Shown: positions 13,714-26,156, counted from the first letter of the stretch. The stretch is 64,000 nt of DNA from Octopus vulgaris (GCA_951406725.2 OX597830.1:16864001-16928000); one strand, 5' to 3'. The notes: generated by a model from the sequence alone, not told the origin. Translations and numbers: made by a program.

Positions 13714-13925
13714 GGTGGTTGTCTACTCTTTATGCAGAATTTGACCACCTTCTGTACACCTTAGAACAATTATGGCATCTGATGTGGCTTTTTGAACCAG
13801 ACAATGTTTTGAAAAGATACCCACATAGATTGCATAACCAACTTGGACCACCAAGAGCTGCAGATAAGTTCTGATCTTTGTGGATCTTAAATTAAAATAA
13901 ATAGCTAGGTGCAATGTAATACCAT

Positions 13926-13978
<53 letters not shown>

Positions 13979-14174
13979 AGTAGTTGAATGAATTATCTTA
14001 GTATGGATAAATCGGTTAACCGATACCTGGGTAGCAAATTCACGTCAGAAAAACACGCTTGAAGCTACATGCCAAGGGCAGAGATCATGTGCTTTCGTGT
14101 GGAAATTTGTGTGTTTTTTTAATACAAATAAATGAAAGAATGGAGTTGAACGAGGAATTAACAAAATTCCTTTA

Positions 14175-14257
14175 TTCTCGACATATGTTTCGAAGGCTGC
14201 ATATTCCTAATTTCGAAGGAATAAGGGGTGCATTATGCCGCCTTCTCATCAGGAAAA
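14175..14257 (-). ncRNA. Type-I hammerhead ribozyme motif, canonical core, long stem II insert
   Basis: Minus strand reads UUUUC-CUGAUGA-GAAGGC...GCCUUC-GAAA-CAUAUG-UC-GAGAA: stem I 5 bp, stem II 6 bp, palindromic stem III, GUC triplet. Confidence 0.8.
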
Positions 14258-14454
14258 ACAAGGAACTTATGTCAGCATCAAGATGAACAAAAACTCTTAG
14301 ATGACTACCCACACGGAGCCCATAGCGATATATATATATAGGCAAATTTGTGTTTGAAAATGCACCTAAATTTGAAAAACTTGTTTAAATTAAATTTATT
14401 TACATATATACCAAACTAGTTTGAACAATATTTTTTAAATATATATGTATGTAT

Positions 14455-14660
14455 ATAGATAGATAGATACAGAGAGGGAGATAGATAGATTGATAGATAC
14501 AGAGAGGGAGAGATTGATAGATAGATAGATAGATAGATACAGAGAGAGAGAGAGAGAGAGAGAGATAGTTTGATGGATACAGAGAGGGAGAGATTGATAG
14601 ATAGATAGATAGATAGATAGATACAGAGAGAGAGAGAGAGAGAGAGAGAGTTTGATGGAT
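14455..14660. repeat. Compound (GATA)n/(GA)n microsatellite
   Basis: Read directly. Confidence 0.92.
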
Positions 14661-15815
14661 ATGCATACATAAATACATGTGTGTATGTATGTCATTTATG
14701 CTATTATGTAAAATGAATTTAAATCAATTCGCCTTTCAGAGCAGCTGCAGTTTGTAGTTATGTGAAAGTATTACTCGGTGCGGAACTGTGTATGCATGAG
14801 TGGATAGACTTGTACTCATGTCGTGGGTGTATGTGTCACTTTAGTGCACAAGTGTGTGTGTTTCACTACCGTTTATGTTTGTATATGATTTGTAAATGCG
14901 ATTGGGTGTATATCTTTTTATCTTCTACTTCTTTCAGTCATTTGACTGTGGCCATGCTGGTGCACTGCCTTCAACAGGTTTTAGTCAAATGAATCAACTC
15001 CAGTCCGGTACTTATTCCATTGGTCTATTTTGCTGAACTGCTACCTTACAAGGGCATAAACAAACCAACACCGATTGTCAAGTGGTGGTGGTGGTGGGAA
15101 ACACAGATATTATCACACACACGCACACATACACACACACACACATATACGATAGGTTTCTTTCAGTTTCTGTCTACCGAATCCACTCACAAGGCTTTGG
15201 TCAGCCTGAGGCTACAGTAGAAGACACTTGCCCAAGGTGCCACACACAAGGACTGAACCCAGAACCATGTGTGGTTGGAAAGCAAGCTACTTACCACACA
15301 GCCACTTCTGATACAAGGAGTGGTTCTTTATTGTATTTCTGTGTTTGGAGATTTTTAGTCAATTAGATCAGTCACGTGACTTTGTCTGGAATTTCATTTT
15401 GTTGAAATGAGAAAGAGGAAGAGCAAAATCGATTTGGGAAGGGTCTGAACTAGAGTACAACAAAATACTATAAGGTATTTTATTCAACACCTCCATACAC
15501 TTGGCTATGTCCACCTCCAGTACACACAAAAGACTCCAACACCACCACTGCCATCATCTTTTAACATCTGCTTCCCATGCTGGCATGGGTTGGATGGTTT
15601 GGCAGGTGCTGGTAAGGCCAGGAATCACACCAGACTCCGTTGTCTGTTCTGGCATGGTTTCTACAGCCGGATGCACTTGCTAACACCAACCACTTTACGT
15701 TAAGAGCATCCAGCCATAGAAACCATGCCAGAATGGACAATAGAGCCTGGTACAACCACACACACACATATGCATGTGTATATATATATATATAAATATA
15801 TACACACATAAATAC

Positions 15816-15856
<41 letters not shown>

Positions 15857-16167
15857 CAATGGCCCAGTGGTTAGGGCAGCGGACTCGCGGTCATGGGATC
15901 ACGGTTTCGATTCCTAGACTAGGCTTTGTGAGTGTTTATTGAGCAAAAACACCTAAAGCTCCATGAGGCTCCGGCAGGGGGTGGTGGCAATCCCTGCTGT
16001 ACTCTTTCGCCACAATTTTCTCTCACTCTTTCTTCTGTTGGCCTGCTCACTTAGCCAGAGGGGTGGCGTCATTTAAAAAGGCTAAAACAATGCGAAACGC
16101 ATTGTGACCAGCGATGTGTAGCAACATCTGATAGCCTGGTCGGTCACGGTGATATATAATATATATA

Positions 16168-16465
16168 TATCTGTAAATGTAATATGTGACAATTATTCGG
16201 TAGCCATGATAAAACTCCGAGTTTCGGATGCCGAGGTGGAAATCCATGCTACCAACTCTTCAGTTATCCGGCCATTGGCATTCTTCCGATGGCCAGATAA
16301 CTGAAGAGATGGCGGCTTGGATTTCCACCTCGGCATCCGAAACTCGGAGTTTTATCATGGCTACCGAATAATTGTCACATATTACATTTACAGATAAATT
16401 CCTCTATTTACATATCGAGGTCTCTTTCATTCTTTTGTTGTCTTACCATTTACCATTTTTATCAA
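16168..16465. mobile_element. Fold-back element (~110 bp arms, 16168-16396) with a hammerhead in each arm, flanked by (TA)n; probable Penelope-like pLTR derivative
   Basis: Near-perfect inverted repeat with a short loop. The plus arm 16296-16356 reads GAUAA-CUGAAGA-...-GAAA-CUCGGAG-UU-UUAUC; a mirror copy lies on the minus strand at 16208-16268. Confidence 0.75.
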
Positions 16466-16483
16466 TATATATATATATATATA

Positions 16484-18020
16484 TTAGGTTGTCCGGAAAG
16501 TTCTGAGTGTTTTTAAGTTAAATCTTTTAATGCTTCATTGAACACACCTGAAGCATAACACAGACAGAATGTTGGCATTGCTTTGCTTGAAGTGGTAGTA
16601 CATCTCTTCTTTGTCCCTGACTAGAAATAGATTATCTTTCATTCCGGTTACCATTTATTGACATTTGAAATGGATAACCAGAAATTTCATATTCAAGTTG
16701 TAATACTTTTCTTTTTTTTAAAAAAGAGGAGAAAATGCTGCAAAGACTTGCAAAAATCATTTGTGAAGTTTTTGGTGATGATGATGCTGCAGGTGAATCA
16801 ACTGTTCAAAGGTGGTCAGCAAAATTTAAAGCTGGAGAGTTTAGCTTGGAAGATGAGAGTCACAGTGGAAAAATCTTCAAAATTGGATGAAGATATTTTG
16901 AAGGCAAAAATTGAAGAAAACTCAAATATCACAACTAGAGAACTAACAGAGGAGTTGAAAGTTTCTAAAAGTATGGCTCATGAAGACCTAGTGAAGCTAG
17001 GATACATTTCTCACTATGATGTTGAGGCAAGTGAAATCGAAATCAAAATCAAACTCGGTGACTGGCATCTGTTGCTAGGTGGAGCGCTAAGATCCATTGC
17101 TAGTGGAATGCTAAGAGTACCATACGAGTGAGATCGTTGCCAGAGCAACAAGCTGGCCTCCGTGCCGATGGCACGTTAAAAACACCATTCGAGCGTGATC
17201 GTTACCTGCGTCGCCTTACTGGCACATGTGCTGATGGCACATGAAAAAACATTTGAGCGAGGTTGTTGCCAGTGCCGCTGGACTGGCTCCTCTGCAGGTG
17301 GCACATAAAAAGCCCCATTTGAGTGTGGCCATTGCCAGTATCGCCTAACTGGCCCTCGTGCTGGTGGCACGTAAAAGCACCCACTACACTCTCAGAGTGG
17401 TTGGCGTTAGGAAGGGCATCCAGCTGTAGAAACACTGCCAGATCAGACTGGAGCCTGGTGCAGCCATCTGGTTCACTAGTCCTCAGTCAAATCGTCCAAC
17501 CCATGCTAGCATGGAGAACGGACGTTAAACGATGATGATGATGATGGGTGCTTGTGATTGGGGATGAAAAATGGATTGTATACGAAAACATAGTGTGAAA
17601 AAGATCCTGGAGTTTGCATAAGCATCTCCCAAAGACAAATATCCATGCTAAATAAAGCTATGCATTGTGTTTGGTGGGATCATAAAGGCATTATTTATTA
17701 TGAGCTTCTCCCACAAAACCAGACCATTAATTCTGATGTGTACTGTCGTCAGCTGGCTAATTTCAACCAGAAATTCAAAGAGATTGCCAACAGGAAAGGG
17801 GTAATGTTCCAACAAAACAATGCCTGACCACATGTGTCTTTGGCTACATGAACAAAGTTACATGAACTTGACTGGGATCTCTTACCCCATTCACCATATT
17901 CCCCTACAGCGCACCATCTGACTATCACTTGTTTTTGTCTCTACTGTACTCATGGAATCAAAATGTATCTAGACAACTTTTTTCTTCAAAATCAATCAAA
18001 TTTCATGCTGATGGAATATT
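16484..18020 (+). pseudogene. Decayed mariner transposon (Mos1-like), interrupted by an RTE 3' end at ~17024-17545
   Basis: Starts after TA with TTAGGTTGTCCGGAAAG; ATG at 16670. Frameshifted HTH region (TVQRWSAKFKAGEFSLEDE), GDEKW, CVWWDHKGIIYYELL, HSPYSP and APSDYHLFLSL. Confidence 0.9.
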
Positions 18021-18024
18021 TAGG

Positions 18025-18229
18025 TACAGCTCTATATTTAAGAGATGAGGAATTATTTACATTATTTACATTCGATGGATATTTGTCCTCATCTTGTTTG
18101 TTGTTAACACAATGTTTTAGCTGATATACCCTCCAGCCTTCATTAGGTGTCAACAAACAAGATGTGGACAAATATCTGTCGAATGTAAATAATGTACATA
18201 ATTCCTCATCTCTTAAATATAGAACTGTA
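18025..18229. mobile_element. Fold-back element with decayed Penelope-type hammerhead between its arms
   Basis: ~78 bp inverted arms. Minus 18107-18150 reads ACAC-CUAAUGA-A-GGCUG..CAGCU-AAAA-CA-UU-GUGU, a few substitutions from canonical. Confidence 0.6.
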
Positions 18230-18975
18230 TTATAAGGTTGTGGTGTAAAACACGTAGTTACATAGTTTTAATATTCAGTCACTTGTGCCTTTCAAGTTAG
18301 AGCTGAAACTGTGAGAATAGCTTTGTTATTAGTTAATAAAATTGACTTATTGAGTAGACAAGCTTTTGGGGGTCCAGGAAAAAAATCCATTTAGAAAAAA
18401 GGAATCCTGGATATTAAAAAGGTTGGGAGCCACTTCTTGAAGAGCAACTTATCCTCCTGGACTTTACTTCAATTGCTTTACACCTGTCATCATCATTTAA
18501 CACCCGTTTTCCATGCTGGCATGGGTTGGACAGTTTGACAGGAGTTGGCTAAGCAGAATACTGCACTAGGCTTCGCTGTCTGTTTTGGCATGGTTCTTAC
18601 AGTTGGATATCCTTCCTAACACCAAACACCCCAGAGTGGACCTTATGAGCAGATTTTAATTTTGGAAACTAAAAGAAGCCTGTGGTATATATATGTGTGT
18701 ATGTTTGTGTTTCCTTGTCTTCACATTGTGTGATTGTTGTAAATCAATCATTTCCAAATATTGTGAAAATTATTTAACAATCACTTTAAAAACAGCTATA
18801 GCATTTATTTGCAAAGAGGGATCATGTACAATAAAATAAATTAACTAAAAACAAAAATATTATCTTTCATTATTGTCTGTTTTTACTGATTTTTTTTTTT
18901 CATTTTTGTAATTTCTTGCACTTTTTTTTCTTTTTATTTTAAAAAATTTATTCCAAGTCCTTTCCTTATTCCAGT

Positions 18976-19077
18976 TCAAGTTTCAGTCACAGGATTCTTA
19001 GGTAACTTCAGACCAACTAGTTCGGCACTAGCTTCAATACTTCTTTCACCAGCCCCTTTGTACATGTCTGTCACCTC
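18976..19077 (-). CDS. FMC1: FMC1 exon 3 (terminal)
   Basis: Acceptor TTGTAG; EVTDMYKGAGERSIEASAELVGLKLPKNPVTET* matches the FMC1 C-terminal GERSVEESAGLVGLKLP motif; total 107 aa; minus-strand AATAAA at 18933-18938 and 18804-18809. Confidence 0.92.
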   Translation of the reverse strand, partial: EVTDMYKGAGERSIEASAELVGLKLPKNPVTET

Positions 19078-20349
19078 CTACAATGTAACAAACAAAATGT
19101 AAACATCACTTAAATAGTCAAAAAAACAAATTACTGCATTTAACAATATTGTTTTAACTTATACTCACTACTTATAAAAGAATTACAATGAAACACTCAT
19201 TCAATACTGGTGACCCCCTTCAGTCAGACACTGACCATGGGTTTGCACCTAGAGAGTTACCCTCTGAGGCACAAGTCTGGGCAAGGTTTTTAAAAAATTT
19301 TTTTTTATGGAAGACCAGCAGTCGCCCATGCATACCGGCCTCCCCTCTCCACGTCACCGATGTTGTCCAAGGGAAAGGCAAAGGGGCCGATACAGCTTGG
19401 CACCTGTGATGTCGCAACTCATTTCTACAGCTGAGTGAACTGGAGCAACGTGAAATAAAGTGTCTTGCTCAAGAACACAACACGCAGCCTGGTCCGGGAT
19501 TCGAGCTCACAACCTCACGATCGTAAGCTCGACGCTCTAACCACAAGATATCAACTACACACATAGAAAGACATCATATTGGTTTCAAAATTTGGCACAA
19601 GGCCAGCAAGTTCATGGAAGGGTTTTAAGTTGATTACATCAACCCCAGTGCTCAACTGGTACTTATTTTATTGACCTCGAAAGGATGAAAGGCAAAGTTG
19701 ACCTCGACAGAATGTGAACTCAGAACGTAAAGACAGATGAAATGCCGCTAAGCATTTTGCCTTGTGAGCTAACAATTCTGCTACCTAGCCGCCTTTATCT
19801 CAAATTTTGGCACAAAGCCAGCAAATTTGGGGGAGGAAGTAAGTCAGTTACATTGCCCCACATTACTGTTTAGTATCCTTACTACTTGAATCTCTTTCAA
19901 GATTTTAAAACCTGCTGACTTAGTGAAAATGCCCAGCACTTTTCAAAACTTCTTATTTAATAACTGCATTATTTCTTTCCAGGTAAACTGACACCTGATT
20001 ATTCAGAGAAACTTCAAATGTAACTATAAAAATAATAAATAAATAATGAAATTATTGTATACAGTGCTCAGGTGCACCACAACTTATCAAAAAGTGCATA
20101 TAAAGTACATGCAGTAATGTAAAAATGCCTGGAAAGCGAACAGTGTATGAGTCAGATACATGCCTGTGTGTGTGTATGGAGGGGAGAAAATCAGGTGTAG
20201 TGTTGGCGAACCTCAGAAAGCATGGAAGTTTTGAAGGATGCAGTGCTCCGACAACTAACAACTGATGCCGGCAGTTTGTTAGCAACTTCTCTTGAAAATC
20301 AACAAAATTTGGCATCATGTCGTAATCAAATACCTGCAGTAAAAAGGTT

Positions 20350-21545
20350 TAACTCTCAAGAATATTCATGCTGGCATGGTTGATACATCAGGGGGTGATG
20401 ATCCAGCTTTATCAACAGTGCAAAAGTATCAGCTGGATTTAGCAGGGGAAGAGAGAGTCTTGAGAAGTTCCATGGTCTGGACATCCTGCAGCTGTCACCA
20501 CTGAGGAAAACATTGACTGTGTTCACCACATGGTGGCGGATGGCAAGCGATTGACTATAAAGCAAATAGTCAATGTTATTAGCATATCCCATGAGAGAGT
20601 GGAGAATATTCTGAACAATGAACTTAGCATGACAAAGGTTTCTGCTTGATGGGTGCCACGTCTTCTGACACTTGATCAAAAGCAAACCAGGCTGATTACA
20701 TTAAGGGAATATCTGACATTGTTTGAGGCAGATCCAGCTTGTTTCTTTGAACGATTCCTAATCTAGGATGTGAGTTGGCTTCATTGCTTCGAACCAGAAA
20801 CAAAGTGGCAATCTTATTTCTTTATTGCCCACAAGGGGCTAAACATAGAGGGGACAAACAAGGACAGACAAACGGATTAAGTCAATTACATCGACCCCAG
20901 TGCGTAACTGGTACTTAATTTATCGACCTCGAAAGGATGAATAGCAAAGTCGACCTCGGCGGAATTTGAACTCAGAACATGTAGACAGACAAAATACCGC
21001 TAAGCATTTTGCCTGGTGTGCTAACGATTCTGCCAGCTCGCCACCTGATACAAAGAGACAATCTGTGCAATGGAAGCACTCCTCTTTACTTACTCCAAAG
21101 AAGGCAAAGTCGTTTCATCTGCGGGGAAGGTGATGGCCTCAGTGTTTTGGAATGCAAAAGGTATTGGGTTTATTGACTATCTTCAAAATGATCACACCAT
21201 AATTGGAAAGTTCTATGCCAACTTGCTAAGGCAATTATGAAAGGCCATTAAGACCAAACGCCCAGATAAACTGATGAAGGGGGTCCTTGGTTTCAATGGT
21301 TGCTGTGCATGACTGGCTTTGAACTGGTTGATTACCCTCCCTATTATAGTGATTTGGTTCTATCTGACTCTCGTCTGTTTCCCAACATAAAAAAAAAAAA
21401 CACTCGGCTGGGCACCAGTATCACTGTGATCACCACGTCTTATCTGCATTGATGACTATTTCGACCAACAGGATAATGCCTTCACCAGTGTGAATAAAGC
21501 ACTGCAACTACTGATGGAAGTAGTGGACAGTAAGAGGAATTATGA
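20350..21545 (+). pseudogene. Decayed mariner transposase (irritans/Hsmar2-like), interrupted by SINE B at ~20815-21046
   Basis: WVPRLLTLDQK, FEPETK, SAGKVMASVFWNAKG and YPPYYSDL..SD motifs with stops and frameshifts; the SINE is flanked by a degenerate ~18 bp TSD. Confidence 0.88.
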
Positions 21546-21613
21546 GAGTGTCTTGCTCAGCCTATGAGCATTTCAGCTGACTCTCATAATAATAAAAAAT
21601 TATTATTATACCT

Positions 21614-21837
21614 TTTAAGAAACACACAAAAACCGTTAGATTCACTTCAACATTTACATTTAATTTGTCAAAATATTTTCGTTGCTTTGAGATTGCGACC
21701 TGTTCACTGACAAAGCATCGTGATGCAGCCCGAAGCTTTGTCAGTGAACAGGTCGTGGTCTCAAAGCGACGAAAATATTTTGACAAATTAAATTTAAATG
21801 TTGAAGTGAATCTAAACGGTTTTGTGTGTTTCTTAAA
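21614..21837. mobile_element. Fold-back element with G3-C8 variant hammerhead in each arm (FMC1 intron 2)
   Basis: ~100 bp arms. Plus 21737-21787 reads UUUGUCA-GUGAACA-G-GUCGU..GCGAC-GAAA-AUAU-UU-UGACAAA; mirror copy on minus 21664-21714; single-arm copy at 13593-13643. Confidence 0.7.
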
Positions 21838-24800
21838 TGGCTTATAAACACCTTCCACGCTGCAATTGTTTTCGTTCCAGCACACGATCTCAGATCAAGT
21901 CACTCGCTATGCAAGTACATCTCCGTAATTATTATACCTGCATTTGTATTAATATTAATATTGAAAAAGTCCTCTTTTTTCATCAAAAATTTTGTACTTC
22001 AGTTTGCACCACGATAGCAAATTTCATTCCCGGACCACTGGTTGCAATTGAAAATGAACAACGATGCTTCTGCTACTGATGAAAGGATGCATCCTGTTTC
22101 CTTTCTCAAAATCACATATAACAAGAATATAATATCTAAGTGACGGTCTTTCAGTTTTGGTTCTAAATATGATAAATACTTTTACAGAACATAAACATAA
22201 TTTATTCATGATTAAAACATTCAACGAATTATACTAATTGCAAAGCAAAAACGCAAGCTGTTATAAGAATATATTGTTCTATTTGGGGAGATGACAGACG
22301 TTGAGGAAAAGTGAACATTTTAGCTGAAGTTATCTCCCTTGAACATTACATCACAAACACTACTTCTAAGCGGTGATTCCTAAAGCGGGAACTGTCACCT
22401 TCTAAGTGGTGGAGTGCACGGCAGGAATGTCAACTTTAGAAATCATTAATTTAGACACTGAGGGGCGCTAGAAGGTAAGTCACGGTAAGAAGCGTTAAGA
22501 AATAAAACAGGGGTAATGAGGGAACAAGGGGCATAGAGTATAAAATGGCAGTTGCTAGTAAAACCTGCAATAAGCCCAATCATTGTGTTTTCGTTCAACG
22601 AAAAATGGGGAAAATAAATAATATATATACATTTATAATATTTCACAATAGGCGTAGGAGTGGCTGTGTGGTAAGTAGCTTGCTTACCAACCACATGGTT
22701 CTGGGTTCAGTCCCACTGCGTGGCACCTTGGACAACTGTCTTTTACTATAGCCTTGACCAAAGCCTTGTGAGTGGATTTGGTAGACGGAAATTGCTTTAA
22801 TAGACAAATGTTTTTCTAACTTGCAGTACTGAATTTAAAACCTACTACAAGTACAGCTTGAGGAAGGATAGAGATTCTGACAGATCGGGTATCTTATAGA
22901 TACACTACATGAAGATGAACTCTTTAGGAGCAATGCAAATAGTAATGGGAATCTCTCAAAAAAATTTGCAGGATGTTTATATCAGCTCAAAGGAGTAATT
23001 TGCAGGCTTTTTCTTCTTTATATTAGCATAAAATAAATGTGATATTGGTTTCAGATTTCAGCACAAGGCCAGCATTTTCGGTGAAGGGGTTAAGTCAATT
23101 AAACAACCTCAATGCTCAAATGGTACTTGTTTTATTGGCCCCAAGAGGTTGAAAGGCAAAGTCAACCTCAGCAGAATTTGAACTCAGAATGTAAGTGCCG
23201 CTAAGCATTTTACCCCATACGGTAACATTTCTGCCAGTTTCCCACCTTAGCATAAAATAAAAGTGATATTGAAAAAATGCAAAAAGAAGGACCCCATCTA
23301 CTTTACTAAGGTACACCTATGGTATGAACAAATTGTTTTAGTACAAATAAAGCATATTACCAGCACACTTGATGTTGCTTCATTACTTAATTAATGAACT
23401 TATTCCCCTGTGTAATGGTTCTAAATTAGATTTAGAATGTTGGGCCTCACAGAGGCAATGACAAGTGACCCAAGACCTTTGGCAATATGCCATGCTTGAG
23501 AAGACTCATCAAGCCAAGTTAAATCAGTTGTGGCTGATGCCAGTGTCATATAACTGGTACTCGTGCTGGTAGCACATAAAAAAAAACCCTTGAACTTTGG
23601 GCCTCAGAGGAAGTGACAAGTGACTGAGACCTTTGGTGATATACTGTGCTTGAGAAGTCCTGTCAAACCAAGTGAGATCATAGTTGTGGTTGATTCTGGT
23701 GTTTCATAACTGGCATGTAAAAAGCACCCACTACACTCTTGGAGTGATTGGTGTTAGGAAGGGCATCCAGCTGAAGAAACCATGTCAAACTAGATTGGAA
23801 TCTGGTGCAGCTCCCCAGCTTACCAGTTTTCAGTCAAACCATCCAACCCATGCCAGCATGGAAAGCAGATGTTAAATGATGATGATGATGATGATGATTA
23901 CAATTCCAGAAAATATTTTAGTTTGACAGGAATGCTGTGAATGAGAATGTTAGTTCCTGCCACCAAGCTAAATGATGCACCCTGTTAAATACCTTCTTTT
24001 TTTAGGGCACAAAAGGTTTTGTAAAATGGGAGAGATACAGTTGAATAACTTATCTATTTGGTGATGAATGGCCTTCACTTTTCAGTGTTAGTGATTATCA
24101 TCAACAAGTAATGCCATTTTCTGACTACAATTACTTTTTCTACTCTAGGCACAAGGCCTGAAATTTTTGGAGAGGGGGCCAGTCAATTAGATCAACCCCA
24201 GTATACAACTGGTACTTAATTTATCGACCCCGAAAGGATGAAAGGCAAAGTTGACCTCGGCGGAATTTGAACTCAGAATGTAAGCACAGACAAAATGCCT
24301 ATTTCTTTACTACCCACAAGGGGCTAAACACAGAGAGGACAAACAAGGACAGACAAACGAATTAAGTCGATTATATCGACCCCAGTGCGTAACTGGTCCT
24401 TAATTTATCGACCCCAAAAGGATGAAAGGCAAAGTCGACCTCAGCGGAATTTGAACTCAGAATGTAAGCCCAGACGAAATACCGCTAAGCGTTTCGCCCG
24501 GCGTGCTAACGTTTCTGCCAGCTCACCGCCTTGACTACAAATACACAACTACAATTTCTGACTACAATTACATGAATGAAAGGAATCTACTGAGAGTCCT
24601 CATTTCTACATTTAAATCCAAGTTGCAATCTGTAACATTTAAACTGGCCATATTTGGATAAAATATTCTACCTGTTCTATGTTCAACTGACTGGATCCGG
24701 CCTGATACACCTATCCTACAATGTCATTCTAAAAGTAAACAATATTATTAAGGAAATCCTGAAGTTATGAGATAATGTATGATTAATTTCAAAGCAATAA

Positions 24801-25313
24801 ATAAGCATTACATTTGACGGAATAATCTGAATGCTGAAGATTTAAGTTTATTTTAGGCAGTAAACTGGGCAGAGTCATTAGAGCATAGGACAAAATGCAT
24901 AGTAGTATCTGTTCTGGCTCTCTTCCCTCTGAGTTCAAATCCCACTGAAGCCAACCTTGACTTTCATCCTTTGAGGGCTGATAAAACAAAGCACCATTCC
25001 ATAGTATTGGATTGGTTGAATTGTCAAAGCATCAAACAAGAATCTTTGCCGTGTTTGTTACATTTTTTTGCATTCAAAGTTCTTAGGTGGTAGGCATAAT
25101 CCACTCCCCAGTTTAACACCATCTGGTACTCAGGTGCCCTTAATAGGGATTACCATTACAAGCACCCAGGTCTTTGTCTTGAGGATTATTTGATTATTCC
25201 CTCCCTTCCAGCCACCAAATCTCAAGGTGCCTGGAGAAATAAATTTTCCTTGGCACTACCCTTCCCTCCCTGACTGAAACACAATCATTTGATCAACCAG
25301 ACTAGTCAAATGG

Positions 25314-25725
25314 TTAGTTAGTTAGTTAATTTTTTGGCTCAAAAAGCAAAAAGCAAGGCCATGTAGAGGGACATGGAGTTATGTACAGGGTGGTGTTCAT
25401 GCAAATAGTTCAGGCCACTTGTGGTCAAGGGAGAATTTGAACCGAGCGGTCGTCGGCATCTTCACTATCTCGTCCGGCAGCTTATTCCACGGATCCGCAA
25501 CCCGGACAGAGAAAGCCCCTCTCCTTCGATTGAGATGAAATCGTCGCAGATAGAGCTTTTCGGAGTGACCCTGCAGCTGATGCTCTGGAGCAGGAGTGAA
25601 GAACAGCTCTTTCGAGAGGTTACACTTTCCACTTATGATGTTGTGAGCAAGAATGAGATCACCACGGTGGCGGCGTTTTTCTAGAGAATAAAGGTCGAGC
25701 GTCTTCAGCCTTTCTTCATATCACT
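25314..25725 (-). mobile_element. CR1-clade LINE 3' fragment
   Basis: RLKTLDLYSLEKRRHRGDLI...FSVRVADPWNKLPDEIV...FKFSLD, with a (CTAA)n tail. Confidence 0.85.
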
Positions 25726-26006
25726 GGTCATAATGCGCTTTGCATCATTTTAGCTTTTGATAAGTAGTGTCATCTGCTGCCAATGTTCTGTGAGACTATG
25801 TCTAAGCCATGCTAAAGTATTACTTTGCTTGGAAACAAGAGGTGAAGGTTGGTGACAGGAAGGGCATTCAGCTGTAGAAAATCTGTCCAGACCGCAGATA
25901 AAATAAAACTGTTCAACCTATGCAAGCATAGAAAAGTGGATGTTATGATGATGATGATGATGCACATCTCATTCTAATGTAAACAATATTTATTTTGATA
26001 ACTTAC

Positions 26007-26156
26007 CTGGAGTAGCCGAGTACTTTCCAGAAAAGTAAGGTATGTCATTGCTTGATACTGAAGATCTGTTTTACTACGACAATATTTTTCGCTGGTTACA
26101 CTTGATCTATGGAACTGATCTTTCATGTAGAGATAGGATGGTGACTGATATAGGCC
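26007..26156 (-). CDS. FMC1: FMC1 exon 2
   Basis: Acceptor TTTTAATTTAAG and donor GTAAGT; 150 nt, phase 0/0; GLYQSPSYLYMKDQFHRSSVTSEKYCRSKTDLQYQAMTYLTFLESTRLLQ matches the FMC1 VTSEKxCR...QAxTYL motif. Confidence 0.92.

Noticed and set aside
13738-13874. Plus-strand candidate terminal exon FDHLLYTLEQLWHLMWLFEPD...
   Set aside because: No upstream exons were found; it is the antisense of the zinc-finger-like segment.
22075-22100. CTGATGA followed by an AGGA/TCCT stem
   Set aside because: No GAAA or stems I and III follow.
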